From NCBI GenBank assembly GCA_031281695.1, contig JAITFB010000043.1, positions 1 to 43,197 on the forward strand: a DNA stretch of 43,197 bases, in the 5' to 3' direction. Below, in pieces: positions 20,753 through 30,075 of the stretch; the stretch's first letter is position 1; each line of letters begins with the position of its first letter. The notes beneath the pieces were generated by a model. The model saw only the letters and a list, made by a program, of their open reading frames with translations, was not told the origin of the DNA and did no database searches. Position numbers and translations under genes: made by a program. This DNA comes from Candidatus Servula neotermitis. Its GTDB lineage: Bacteria; Actinomycetota; Actinomycetes; Actinomycetales; Bifidobacteriaceae.

Positions 20753-22405
20753 TTATAATGAGGCTTTTTTTCGAAATAGATTACGCACTCTCTCAGTGTA
20801 ATACTCAGTTTCTTTAGTCCGTAAAAGTTTCAAAATTCCGAAATATACTAATAACATCGCAACTCCGTCTATGACGGTTTGCAAGAGTATCATAAAATAG
20901 TTTCCTTCCAAATCGATTACCCAAACTAAGGTTAGGCTTGCTCCAACGAAAAATGCTAAAATACTGGCTACCAAGCATTTTACTATAACTATAACAATTC
21001 GCGCTAAGTCTAAATTGGACTTGAGAAACTTATGTAAATCTATGAAATATACGATAACTGAAAAAGTAGAAATGATAGATAAAGAGAGCGCAATGGCTTC
21101 TGCTAAATGTTGGGAACCGATAAATCCTTGCATTATAATGGATGCGAGAATTTGTAGGCCGATAATAGGCAGGGTAATCCAAAATGCTCGTTTTGGCTGA
21201 TGATACGCGAAATATAAACGTTTAGCTAAAAGCGCAACGGTTAAACCGAAATATCCTAAAGCTTGCCATCGCGCGATCCAGCCGATGATGCCCAACTCTT
21301 CAAAGACTAAGGATGGAATAAGTAATCTAGATATCGGAATAGCTAAAACCAAAAAAAATAGGCTTGCGAATCCAGAAAAAATCGCACCAAGGCGAACTCC
21401 ATAGGAAAAAGATCGGACTACTTCGGAATGGTCCCCCTCTGCGAAAGATTTGGACATTTTAGTGAAAAGGGCGGTGGCTAGAGAAACTGCAATCAAGGAG
21501 TAAGGGACGATGTAAATAGTCGTGGCTTGGTTAAAGGCGGCGTTTCCAGCTATAGATTCGTCCATAGTAGAAGAGTCCCAAGCTGGCGCCGCAGCGATTA
21601 GTTTGAAAATGATTAATGCGCCAAGTTCTTCTAAAACGACCAAAGCTAAAGACCAAATTCCCACTTGAGCAATTTTTCGGAGGCCGAATCCTTTGAGTCC
21701 GAATGCTAATTGAAATTTAAATCCAGAGTGGACGAGAACCGCGATTAAGCAAATAGCCTGACCAATTACGCCTAAGGTCGCCCCGCCTCCGAGTAACCAA
21801 ATTTTATTTGAATCCCATGACGTAAATACGTCCAGTTCGTTTATGGGTTTAGGACCGTAAAGCAAAACAAAAATTGCTAACATGATGATTGAGATTAAAT
21901 TGTTTAAAACAGGAGCATAAAAATATGCCGTAAATTTTTCGTGCGTAGCCAAAATTTGTCCTAATAAAGCATAAATTCCGTAAAAGAAAATTTGCGGAAG
22001 GCATAAGTATCCGAAATTGGTAGCTAATTCGATTTGTTGGCTGGTCCAATTTATTCCAGCGTAAAGCTGGATTAAAAGTGGTGTCATTATGGTGAGCGCT
22101 ATGGTAATAATTAAGATGAATAGTCCCGCCAGAGTAAATAATTGATTAATATATCGCTGAGGATTGTTTTTTTGGTAGAGTAACAAAAGCTGAGGGACTA
22201 AAATAGCGTTAAGCAGTCCGCCGGAGATGATGATGTACAGTGTGTTAGGCAGGCTGTTGGCGATGTCGAATGAGTTAGCGGCAAGTCCAGTGGTTCCTAA
22301 TGCCAAAACTAACATGATTGAGCGAATTTGGCCAGTTATTCGTGAAATAAGGGTGCCGGTTGCCATTTTCGCAGTCGATTTTCGCAAATCCGTAATTTGG
22401 GGCAT
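20753..22405 (-). CDS. murJ: Lipid II flippase MurJ (MviN family)
   Basis: 550 aa and polytopic. N-terminal GTLISRITGQIRSIMLVLALG...ANSFDIANSLPNTLYIIISGGLLNAILVPQL. Confidence 0.85.
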   Translation of the reverse strand: MPQITDLRKSTAKMATGTLISRITGQIRSIMLVLALGTTGLAANSFDIANSLPNTLYIIISGGLLNAILVPQLLLLYQKNNPQRYINQLFTLAGLFILIITIALTIMTPLLIQLYAGINWTSQQIELATNFGYLCLPQIFFYGIYALLGQILATHEKFTAYFYAPVLNNLISIIMLAIFVLLYGPKPINELDVFTSWDSNKIWLLGGGATLGVIGQAICLIAVLVHSGFKFQLAFGLKGFGLRKIAQVGIWSLALVVLEELGALIIFKLIAAAPAWDSSTMDESIAGNAAFNQATTIYIVPYSLIAVSLATALFTKMSKSFAEGDHSEVVRSFSYGVRLGAIFSGFASLFFLVLAIPISRLLIPSLVFEELGIIGWIARWQALGYFGLTVALLAKRLYFAYHQPKRAFWITLPIIGLQILASIIMQGFIGSQHLAEAIALSLSIISTFSVIVYFIDLHKFLKSNLDLARIVIVIVKCLVASILAFFVGASLTLVWVIDLEGNYFMILLQTVIDGVAMLLVYFGILKLLRTKETEYYTERVRNLFRKKASL

Positions 22406-22429
22406 ACCTCAATATTATAGAATTAATTT

Positions 22430-23566
22430 GTGTATCGTTTCATAGAATTGACAAAGCCTGAATTTGCATCGTTTGCTCAATTTCATTCGTTGGCTAATTG
22501 GAACCAAAATTTAGCAGCTCAAAGTTTTCGAGAGGCACAAGGTTATCGAACCTATTTGGTTGGAGTTAAAGCTAATTACACTGCCGCCCCCTCCGCCACG
22601 CCGATTCGCGCAACTTTCGCTAACTCAAATATAAATACCATAAATGATTCTGAGCTGACTTGCAATTATCGATCATTAGATGATTCTGACCCATTGTTGG
22701 CGGCCGGTTTAATTCAAGTTCGAAATGGGAACGGTTTAATTATACAAGGCCCTTTATTAGATTTTAGCGATCGAGGTTTAACTAATTATTTTTTCCAGCA
22801 ATTAATAGATTTTTGTAATGGCCTTAGACTGTCCAGCATTGATGTTTTTCCGCCCTTGGTTCAAAGAACTTTGACTGCCAAAGGTGATATTACTCAACAA
22901 TTTTGGGATTTAGATGAGTTGCTTTCGCTGTTGTCGCCTCTAGAGCCTGTGTCGGATCCTTTAGGTTTGGATCCACGTCTGCCTAGATTTAACTTTATTA
23001 AAGACCTATCAAAATTGACAGATTGTAACCAGCTTTTGGCCAGCTTTAGGCAAACCACTCGTCAAAGCGTACGAAAAACTTTGAATGATCATTATGCAAT
23101 AAGGGCTTTAGGATTGGATGAATTGTCGTTGTTACAATCTTTGTTGGATGATTCTAATACTAAAAACCATATTCAAGGACGAGACTTAGATTATTTGCGA
23201 CGATTGTTTCTAAGCTACAGTAATGACATCGATTTTCTTTTAGTGGAGCATGATCAAACTCCTATTAGCGGAGCAATTTTCGTAAAAGAGTTTCGTCAGC
23301 TGATTTATTTTTTGTCTGGAACCGCTACGCCATATCGATCGTTAATGGGTGCTCACCATTTGCAATTTAAAATGATGGAACGTTGTTTGACAAACGGCGT
23401 TATGCGCTATAATATGTTGGGGGTAGAAGGGCGCTTTGACCATAATCCACTTTTGGATTTTAAGGCGGGCTTCCGTGGGTATTTAGAAGAAGGAGTTGGA
23501 TGCTGGCGGAAGATTATTCATAAAAACCGGTATGTATGGCATAAACTAAAAAATAGATTATGGTAA
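22430..23566 (+). CDS. FemAB/FemX-family aminoacyl-tRNA-dependent peptidoglycan bridge transferase (paralog 1)
   Basis: 378 aa. The N-terminus IELTKPEFASFAQFH...NWNQ and a C-terminal half (FRQTTRQSVRKT, YFLSGTAT, HHLQFKMME, YNMLGV, LLDFKAGF) are typical of the family. The GTG start lies 24 nt from the divergent murJ start. Confidence 0.7.
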   Translation: MYRFIELTKPEFASFAQFHSLANWNQNLAAQSFREAQGYRTYLVGVKANYTAAPSATPIRATFANSNINTINDSELTCNYRSLDDSDPLLAAGLIQVRNGNGLIIQGPLLDFSDRGLTNYFFQQLIDFCNGLRLSSIDVFPPLVQRTLTAKGDITQQFWDLDELLSLLSPLEPVSDPLGLDPRLPRFNFIKDLSKLTDCNQLLASFRQTTRQSVRKTLNDHYAIRALGLDELSLLQSLLDDSNTKNHIQGRDLDYLRRLFLSYSNDIDFLLVEHDQTPISGAIFVKEFRQLIYFLSGTATPYRSLMGAHHLQFKMMERCLTNGVMRYNMLGVEGRFDHNPLLDFKAGFRGYLEEGVGCWRKIIHKNRYVWHKLKNRLW

Positions 23567-24549
23567 AATTTTTAACGCAAGAAGATGCGAAACTTTGGAA
23601 CAAATTTGTGAACTCAAACAACGGACACCCCTTGCAACTTTGGCAATGGGGGGATTTGAAGTCTGAGTTTGATTGGGAGGCTACTCGGGTGCAAATCTAT
23701 AAAACTAACCGTAAAAACGCGCCCGTTATTGGGGGATTTCAGATTTTGAAACGTCATTTACCGAAACCGTTTAAGGCAACTTACTATATTCCGCGCGGAC
23801 CGATTGTTGTTGGAGAAGAAAATCAACTGAAAGTTTTTGAGGCATTGAAAGAATATACCGAAAAAAATCTTAAAAAGACTGGTGTGCTTTTGCAAATTGA
23901 ACCAGCGTTAGAAAAAATTGATGACGCAATTGATCTCGGTAAACGAGCTAAAGATACAAATTTATTGCCTGAGACAGTTATTTTAGATTTAACTAAAACA
24001 GAAGACGAACTGTTTCGTTCTATGACGAAGAAAACCCGTTGGAATATTAATCGTTCTCAACGTAATGATATTGAAATTGTTGAAGCCAAGAACGAAGCTG
24101 ATGTTGAAGCTTGTTATAACGTTTACAAGTCGACTGCCGACGAAGACGATTTCGGTATCCATACTTTGGAATATTATCAGGCAGTTTTTCGCGTTTTGGG
24201 TAAATTTAATCGAGTTTATATGGTCAAATTTCAAAACAAAGTTATCGCTTTTTTATGGAATCTAGAGAATAAAAACTTGAGTTTTGAATTATATGCAGGC
24301 GCCACTCAATTAGGCTATGACATGAGGGTGAATTATGCTTTGAAGTGGCACGCGATCCGTCAAGCTCAAGCGCATAAAGTTGCAGCATACGATTTGAACG
24401 GCCTATTAAATGATGGTATTTCGCATTTTAAGCTGGGTTTTAGCTCTGGCAAGCGCGTTCGGTTTATTGGGACGTATGAGAGGTCATTGTCAAGTTTATC
24501 TAAACTTTATAAAATTGCTCTTCCGGTCGCTAAACGTATTATGATTTGA
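23560..24549 (+). CDS. FemAB/FemX-family aminoacyl-tRNA-dependent peptidoglycan bridge transferase (paralog 2)
   Basis: 329 aa. WNKFV...HPLQLWQWGDLK, YYIPRGP, MTKKTRWNINRSQRN, YAGATQLG and YDLNGL...HFKLGF. The ATG overlaps the stop of paralog 1. Confidence 0.78.
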   Translation: MVKFLTQEDAKLWNKFVNSNNGHPLQLWQWGDLKSEFDWEATRVQIYKTNRKNAPVIGGFQILKRHLPKPFKATYYIPRGPIVVGEENQLKVFEALKEYTEKNLKKTGVLLQIEPALEKIDDAIDLGKRAKDTNLLPETVILDLTKTEDELFRSMTKKTRWNINRSQRNDIEIVEAKNEADVEACYNVYKSTADEDDFGIHTLEYYQAVFRVLGKFNRVYMVKFQNKVIAFLWNLENKNLSFELYAGATQLGYDMRVNYALKWHAIRQAQAHKVAAYDLNGLLNDGISHFKLGFSSGKRVRFIGTYERSLSSLSKLYKIALPVAKRIMI

Positions 24550-24558
24550 GCGTTTCGC

Positions 24559-26319
24559 ATGGACGACGCTAATGGGGTACCGACTACAGAAATTGCTAGT
24601 TCGATTTTTGATATAGATGATACTTCAGTATTATCGTATTCTAATGAAGAGAAAATTTCACGTTCGACTAATCGAAAATCCCGACGAAGGAAGTCGCGTA
24701 AAAAAACTAGATCAGCTTTTCGTTACCCAGTTCTAATTATTCAGGGCTTAATTATATTATTAGCCAATGTTTTAGTCTTATTACTTTTTTATCCTGGGGT
24801 TTTTGCTCCTGACTCGATAGATTCAGCTCGAATGGTATTCACTAATAATTACTCTGATTGGTCTCCGATACTTTATACGCTTTTAATTAAATATCTGGCT
24901 ATTGACAGTGGAAACGTGATATTTCTTTTCATTTTTCAAATCTTAGCTTTTTCCAGCGCCTCCATGTTTTTACTGCATCGCTTATCGCATTCTAAACTAG
25001 TTTCACAACGTTTACTCTGGGCAACCGCCTTAGTTTTAGCATTTTGGCCACCTTTTTGGTTGAATAATGTTTTGGCATCGAAAGATACTTTTTTCACAAT
25101 AACATTAATTTATTTAACCGCCACTTTGCTGCCGTGGTTCTTAGCTAAAAAAGCTGAATTATTTTCCGCTAGCGATTATGTTAATTTGGTGATTAGCGCA
25201 TTTTTAGTCTTGGTGAGCGATGGCAAAAGTTGGTTTCTAATAGGTGCGATATTAGGAGTTTTGTTAGTGATAGGGATTTTAAAACACCTCGCTTTGGCCA
25301 AGTTGGTCGTGAGTGCGTTGATTGTAGTATTAGGTTGCTTAAGTTTTACTTTTGGAACAACTTATAATTTTTCGGTTCGATCGGCTCCAGATGCCATAAA
25401 AATGAGCGTCCCAATTCAAGCTATTGGCGCAATTTATCAAGCAGATGGGGATATTTCCGGATTTGCCAACGAACAATTTTCCAAAATACACGATTCGCAA
25501 TTTTGGGCTGAACATTATCATCCGTATTTTGCTGAGAATTTAACCGAACAATTTAATGATGTTAGATTGACCCCTTTTAGTGTGGGACCGGTTACTGATC
25601 GAATCAAATTTGATTCTGATTTCTTTGGGTATTATGTTGAGACATGTGTTCGTAATTTCATAACTTGTTTGGGAGCGCATTTGAACTTGATTAAAGGATA
25701 CTTTGTTCCAATGCCCAATGTGAGTGACTCGTATATTTATCCGGTCATTTCTCGTGTTCAAGATGATTTATACATTAACTCGTTTGACGGAACCTTGTCG
25801 CGGAGCACTACTATGAGTGACACAGATCTTCTGAATGTCTATATTGACCAAGTGTATCGATTTCAAAATATTGAACGAACTGGGTATTCCATAATGTCTT
25901 TTTCCAATTTCATTTATCAAACCAACTCGGAGGTTTTGGGTTGGCCCTCGACCCAAGCCGTGAATTCAATCATGCAAACCGAATTGGTTAAGAATGGTTT
26001 AGATTGGTTTTTTGATAATCCGGTTCTATACATTTATGGTTTTTTGACCCTTTTTGTTTTGGCTTTAGCTAAACGTCGTAATGCCGCGGCGTTATTGATG
26101 TTGAGTGTATTATTTTATTTATTAGCCTTGATTTATACTTTGCCTTCAGCGGATTTTCGTTACATTTACCCAATTTTACCAATTTTGTTAGTAGCGTTGG
26201 TTTTAATTATTTCCAATGTCCCGTCCTCTTCAAATGCTTCACCGATATCTGAAATTGAGTTGAATCAGTCTTCGGTAGATCAAGACGAAGAACTAGTCGT
26301 GCGGGACGAAATAAGTTAA
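24559..26319 (+). CDS. Uncharacterised polytopic membrane protein (possible GT-C-fold glycosyltransferase)
   Basis: 586 aa. A basic cytoplasmic N-tail (KSRRRKSRKKTR) is followed by TM1 and a first loop YPGVFAPDSIDSARMVF..YSDWSP with acidic residues. There are about 8 N-terminal TMs, a ~230-aa soluble domain, C-terminal TMs and an acidic tail. Confidence 0.55.
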   Translation: MDDANGVPTTEIASSIFDIDDTSVLSYSNEEKISRSTNRKSRRRKSRKKTRSAFRYPVLIIQGLIILLANVLVLLLFYPGVFAPDSIDSARMVFTNNYSDWSPILYTLLIKYLAIDSGNVIFLFIFQILAFSSASMFLLHRLSHSKLVSQRLLWATALVLAFWPPFWLNNVLASKDTFFTITLIYLTATLLPWFLAKKAELFSASDYVNLVISAFLVLVSDGKSWFLIGAILGVLLVIGILKHLALAKLVVSALIVVLGCLSFTFGTTYNFSVRSAPDAIKMSVPIQAIGAIYQADGDISGFANEQFSKIHDSQFWAEHYHPYFAENLTEQFNDVRLTPFSVGPVTDRIKFDSDFFGYYVETCVRNFITCLGAHLNLIKGYFVPMPNVSDSYIYPVISRVQDDLYINSFDGTLSRSTTMSDTDLLNVYIDQVYRFQNIERTGYSIMSFSNFIYQTNSEVLGWPSTQAVNSIMQTELVKNGLDWFFDNPVLYIYGFLTLFVLALAKRRNAAALLMLSVLFYLLALIYTLPSADFRYIYPILPILLVALVLIISNVPSSSNASPISEIELNQSSVDQDEELVVRDEIS

Positions 26320-26331
26320 ACTGATGTTGTC

Positions 26332-26402
26332 GCGAGTGTAGTTCAATGGTAGAATATCAGCCTTCCAAGCTGACTACGGGGGTTCGATTCCCCTCACTCG
26401 CT
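26332..26402 (+). tRNA. tRNA-Gly (anticodon UCC)
   Basis: Hand-folded cloverleaf. The acceptor stem is gcgagtg/cactcgc with G1:C72, C2:G71, G3:C70 and U73. The D-loop is aatggta, the anticodon stem-loop is tcagc-ctTCCaa-gctga, and the T-arm is ggggg-ttcgatt-cccct. No CCA is encoded. Confidence 0.9.
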
Positions 26403-26549
26403 CTTTTCTTAGCGCTTGAGATTATTGAAGGTAAACTTTCAATACTTTGTTGAGCGCACTTTTCTAAGTGATGTGTTGTACACGTCGAAAAAACCCATTG
26501 AGTCCATAGCCTCCATTTCCTAGCCTTTAGAATAGGCTAAACTGATTTT

Positions 26550-27110
26550 ATGGCAACTTCAAATGATTTTAAAAATGGTATGGTACTTAAAATTGATGGT
26601 GCCCTTTGGTCTATTGTCGAATTTCAGCACGTTAAACCTGGTAAGGGGGGAGCGTTCGTTCGTTCCAAATTGAAAAATGTCTTAGACGGTCGAGTGGTGG
26701 AAAAAACCTATAATGCTGGAGTAAAAGTTGAAACGGCTAACGTGGATCGTCGAAATATGCAATATCTTTATAAAGATGCTGACGGTTTTGTGTTCATGGA
26801 TCCTAAAAGTTACGAGCAAATTACAGTTCCCGAAAAATCCGCTGCTGGAGTTAATTATTATTTGCTGGAAGGAGAAGTTGCTCAAGTCGCATTAAACGAT
26901 GGTGTTCCGCTTTATGTTGAGCTTCCAACTTCGGTCGTTTTAGAAATTGTTTGGACCGAGCCAGGTTTACAAGGAGATCGCTCCAGCGCAGGAACTAAAC
27001 CAGCCAAAACTCAAACAGGCTTAGAAATCCAAGTCCCTCTATTCGTTAACCAAGGAGACAAAATTAAGATAAATACTACCAGCGGAGAGTATCTTTCGCG
27101 TGCCAATTAA
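26550..27110 (+). CDS. efp: Elongation factor P
   Basis: [39 protein letters not shown]. Confidence 0.95.
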   Translation: MATSNDFKNGMVLKIDGALWSIVEFQHVKPGKGGAFVRSKLKNVLDGRVVEKTYNAGVKVETANVDRRNMQYLYKDADGFVFMDPKSYEQITVPEKSAAGVNYYLLEGEVAQVALNDGVPLYVELPTSVVLEIVWTEPGLQGDRSSAGTKPAKTQTGLEIQVPLFVNQGDKIKINTTSGEYLSRAN

Positions 27111-27113
27111 GTA

Positions 27114-27530
27114 ATGCCTAAAATCCAAACCAATTTAAAAAAAGGGTCGCGTTATAACGCTCGCAAACGAGCCATGATGGTATTGTATGAAGCCGATCTT
27201 AAGCACGCATCGTTTAATGAAATATTAGAGCAACGTAAAACCCTGCCTGGTGCTCAAACTCCGCTTCCTGCGTATAGTGTCACTTTGATCGAGGGCATTG
27301 ATTGTCATTTAGATGAGGTCGATCAAGCAATTGCTGAAAAGATGGTCAAACGGGATTTTGTAAAAACTAATGCTTTAGATAAAGCAATTTTGCGTATAGG
27401 AGCTTATGAATTGAAATTTTCGGACGTTGAACGCGAAGTGGTTTTACAACAAATTCAATTGTTGACTGAGGCGTATGCTTCTGACACAGGTCTGGATTTT
27501 ATATTTGCCCTCTTGTCAAATATCCAATAA
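27114..27530 (+). CDS. nusB: Transcription antitermination factor NusB
   Basis: 138 aa. ARKRAMMVLYEADL and AILRIGAYEL. Located in the efp-nusB context. Confidence 0.88.
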   Translation: MPKIQTNLKKGSRYNARKRAMMVLYEADLKHASFNEILEQRKTLPGAQTPLPAYSVTLIEGIDCHLDEVDQAIAEKMVKRDFVKTNALDKAILRIGAYELKFSDVEREVVLQQIQLLTEAYASDTGLDFIFALLSNIQ

Positions 27531-28150
27531 TGAACATAGGTTTAACTGGAGGAATCGGTTCAGGAAAAACTACTGTGAGTCAAATTTTTCGTGATCTAGG
27601 AGCTTATGTGATTGATTACGACCAACTTTCAAATCAAGTAGAGCTAGATAACCCTAGTCTAGTCAGAAAAATTGCTGAAATTTTTCAATCAATTCCAGCT
27701 GATCGTCCTGTTGAGGAGCTAGATCATAAATTAATTGCTAAAATTGTCTTTCAAAATCCGCAAAAGTTGAACCAGCTGGAAAAGTTAAAACATCCGTATA
27801 TTATTGATTTGGCTAAACGCATTGAAGAACAGCATCGTAATCAATATTCAGTGTTTGTGCATGAAGTGCCTTTGTTAGTCGAAGTTAATTTAACGAGTTG
27901 TTTTGATATTGTAGTCGTATTAGTTGCTCCTGAATCGGTTCGTATTAAGCGACTAGTAGAGCAAAGAGGGCTAGCCCTCGCGGACGTAAAAGCTCGTATT
28001 AATTCCCAACTCGGAGACGCTGATCGTGCTAAAGTTGCAGACTTCGTAGTCAACACCAATAGACCCTTGTTTCAGGTTCGCGCAGATATCCTTAACCTAT
28101 GGAATTCCCTTAAGATAAAAGAGAATTTTCGCGCTAAGCATTGTCACTAA
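27530..28150 (+). CDS. coaE: Dephospho-CoA kinase
   Basis: IGLTGGIGSGKTTVSQIF P-loop and VHEVPLLVE. The ATG overlaps the nusB stop. Confidence 0.9.
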   Translation: MNIGLTGGIGSGKTTVSQIFRDLGAYVIDYDQLSNQVELDNPSLVRKIAEIFQSIPADRPVEELDHKLIAKIVFQNPQKLNQLEKLKHPYIIDLAKRIEEQHRNQYSVFVHEVPLLVEVNLTSCFDIVVVLVAPESVRIKRLVEQRGLALADVKARINSQLGDADRAKVADFVVNTNRPLFQVRADILNLWNSLKIKENFRAKHCH

Positions 28151-28229
28151 CTCCGAATTCTCGTTCACAATATTTCGGTCAGCATTTATTCAGTTTGATA
28201 AAATGATCAGTATGCAGTAATCTAAACGT

Positions 28230-28427
28230 ATGCCTGTACAAAAAATTCGTAGTTCGCGCGCTCGAACTCATGCGCGACGTAGCCAATGGAAAACTTCAAT
28301 TCCTGATTTAGTAAAATGCCCAAACTGCCAGAGTTTACGTCGGGCTCATGTAGCGTGTCCAACTTGCGGTTATTATAATTCTCGTACATATTCTAAAGCG
28401 GTTCGCTCAGTCTTCGTTGAAAAGTAA
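28230..28427 (+). CDS. rpmF: 50S ribosomal protein L32
   Basis: MPVQKIRSSRARTHARRSQWK and the CPNC...CPTCGYY zinc ribbon. Confidence 0.9.
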   Translation: MPVQKIRSSRARTHARRSQWKTSIPDLVKCPNCQSLRRAHVACPTCGYYNSRTYSKAVRSVFVEK

Positions 28428-28500
28428 TCGGTAAATAGAATTTGACTTTTTGAAATTATTAACTTGGTCGCTTTGGCGTTGTTGAGCCGAATTTTCACAA

Positions 28501-30075
28501 CTACTCTTTAGTGCCTGCCCATTGGATTAGTAATTCAGTAGCTTCTTTTTTGGAAATTTCGCCGCGTTTGAAACGGATTTCCATAAGATATTTATAGGCT
28601 TGTCCAACCTTTGGTCCGGGTTTCAATTTTAGTATTTGCATAATTTCGTCGCCGTTTAATGCTGGTCGGACAGCGTCTAACTGTTCTTGTTTTTGGAGTT
28701 CTTCAATCCGCCACATTAATTCATCGTAGGCTTTGATTAAACTGGCTAATTTATGTTGATTTTGAGTGGTGCAATCGGATTTGACTAAAATATGTAGCCG
28801 TTCAAGTTGGTCGCCAGCATCGACAATGTATCGTCTAACAGCTGCGTCAGTCCAATTAGAATCTTTGTAGCCGTAAAACCGTAAATGTAAAAAAACTAAT
28901 CGTTGTACATGCTCAATTATATTGTTATCGTACTTGAGGTTTTGTAAAATGCGTTTGGAAATTTTGGAGCCAATGACATCGTGATGCAAAAAGGAAACTT
29001 TACCACTTTGAGGGTCGATGGCTTTTGTTTGCGGCTTAGCGATATCATGTAAGAGCGCTGCAATTCGGCTGGTAAAGTCCCCGCCCATATCTACGGTGTT
29101 CTGTACAACTTTGAGCGTATGCTCGTACACATCTTTATGATGATGAGCAGGATCGATGTCCATTTTTAGTCGTTCAAGTCCTGGAATTATATATTCGCTT
29201 AAACCAGTGTCGACCAGCAATCGAAGCGCTATAATGACATGATCGCCCATCATCAGTTTGGCAAATTCTTGCCCGATCCTTTCTCGTGAGATAATTTCTA
29301 AACGTTCTTTCATGTTAACAATGGCTTTTAGAACTGATGGGTGAACAGTGAAGCCCAGTTGACTCACGAACCTGATAGCGCGTAGCATTCGTAAAGGGTC
29401 ATCCGAAAAAGATTTTTCGGGAGAACTGGGGGTACGAATAATTGTATTAGCCAAGTCATTGACGCCATCGTAAGGATCGACCAATCTTGGTGCTGGTAAA
29501 GTTATAGCCATAGCGTTGATGGTGAAATCGCGTCTTAGTAAATCTTCTTCCAAACTGTCGCCGAACTTAACCGTTGGCTTACGTGACTTGGGGTTATAGT
29601 CATCCGATCGATATGTAGTCACTTCGACAATTACTTCAGAAAGCAGGTTAGAGGGTTGGGGACTATGAGTTAGTTTTGTTAAGTGGTTGTTGAGGATGGG
29701 GTTGACAGATGTTGAATTTGGAGTTTCTTTGTTCGCTGGGGTTTTAGGTTCTACACCCTTGGTTTTTTTGGTCTTGGTTTTAGCCTGATCTACTATTTTT
29801 CTTCCACCAATAGTCCCGAAGCGTTCGCCTACTTGCCATAAATCGTCTAAGTAGTTTTTTAGCAATCGTTTGATTTCGGCTGGTTGAGCGTTAGTTGTAA
29901 AGTCCAAGTCTACGTAGGGGTTTTTGAGTAATAGATCACGAACAGACCCCCCGACGAGAGCTAACTCATAGTCGGCTTTATGAAAGATTTCCCCCAGCTC
30001 TAAAGCTACCTTGGGTAGTTCGCTGGTTTCATTTGCCATAAGTTCGATGGTGTTGGCCGAATTCGGAGATGGCAT
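28501..30075 (-). CDS. cca: CCA-adding tRNA nucleotidyltransferase / poly(A) polymerase family with HD domain
   Basis: LVGGSVRDLLL..DLDFTT, RDFTINAMA and the HD motif LLHDIAKP. The start is uncertain. The ATG at 30075 has AGGA 8 nt upstream, and the alternatives are 30039 and 30141. All of them overlap the uppS 3' end. Confidence 0.8.
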   Translation of the reverse strand: MPSPNSANTIELMANETSELPKVALELGEIFHKADYELALVGGSVRDLLLKNPYVDLDFTTNAQPAEIKRLLKNYLDDLWQVGERFGTIGGRKIVDQAKTKTKKTKGVEPKTPANKETPNSTSVNPILNNHLTKLTHSPQPSNLLSEVIVEVTTYRSDDYNPKSRKPTVKFGDSLEEDLLRRDFTINAMAITLPAPRLVDPYDGVNDLANTIIRTPSSPEKSFSDDPLRMLRAIRFVSQLGFTVHPSVLKAIVNMKERLEIISRERIGQEFAKLMMGDHVIIALRLLVDTGLSEYIIPGLERLKMDIDPAHHHKDVYEHTLKVVQNTVDMGGDFTSRIAALLHDIAKPQTKAIDPQSGKVSFLHHDVIGSKISKRILQNLKYDNNIIEHVQRLVFLHLRFYGYKDSNWTDAAVRRYIVDAGDQLERLHILVKSDCTTQNQHKLASLIKAYDELMWRIEELQKQEQLDAVRPALNGDEIMQILKLKPGPKVGQAYKYLMEIRFKRGEISKKEATELLIQWAGTKE

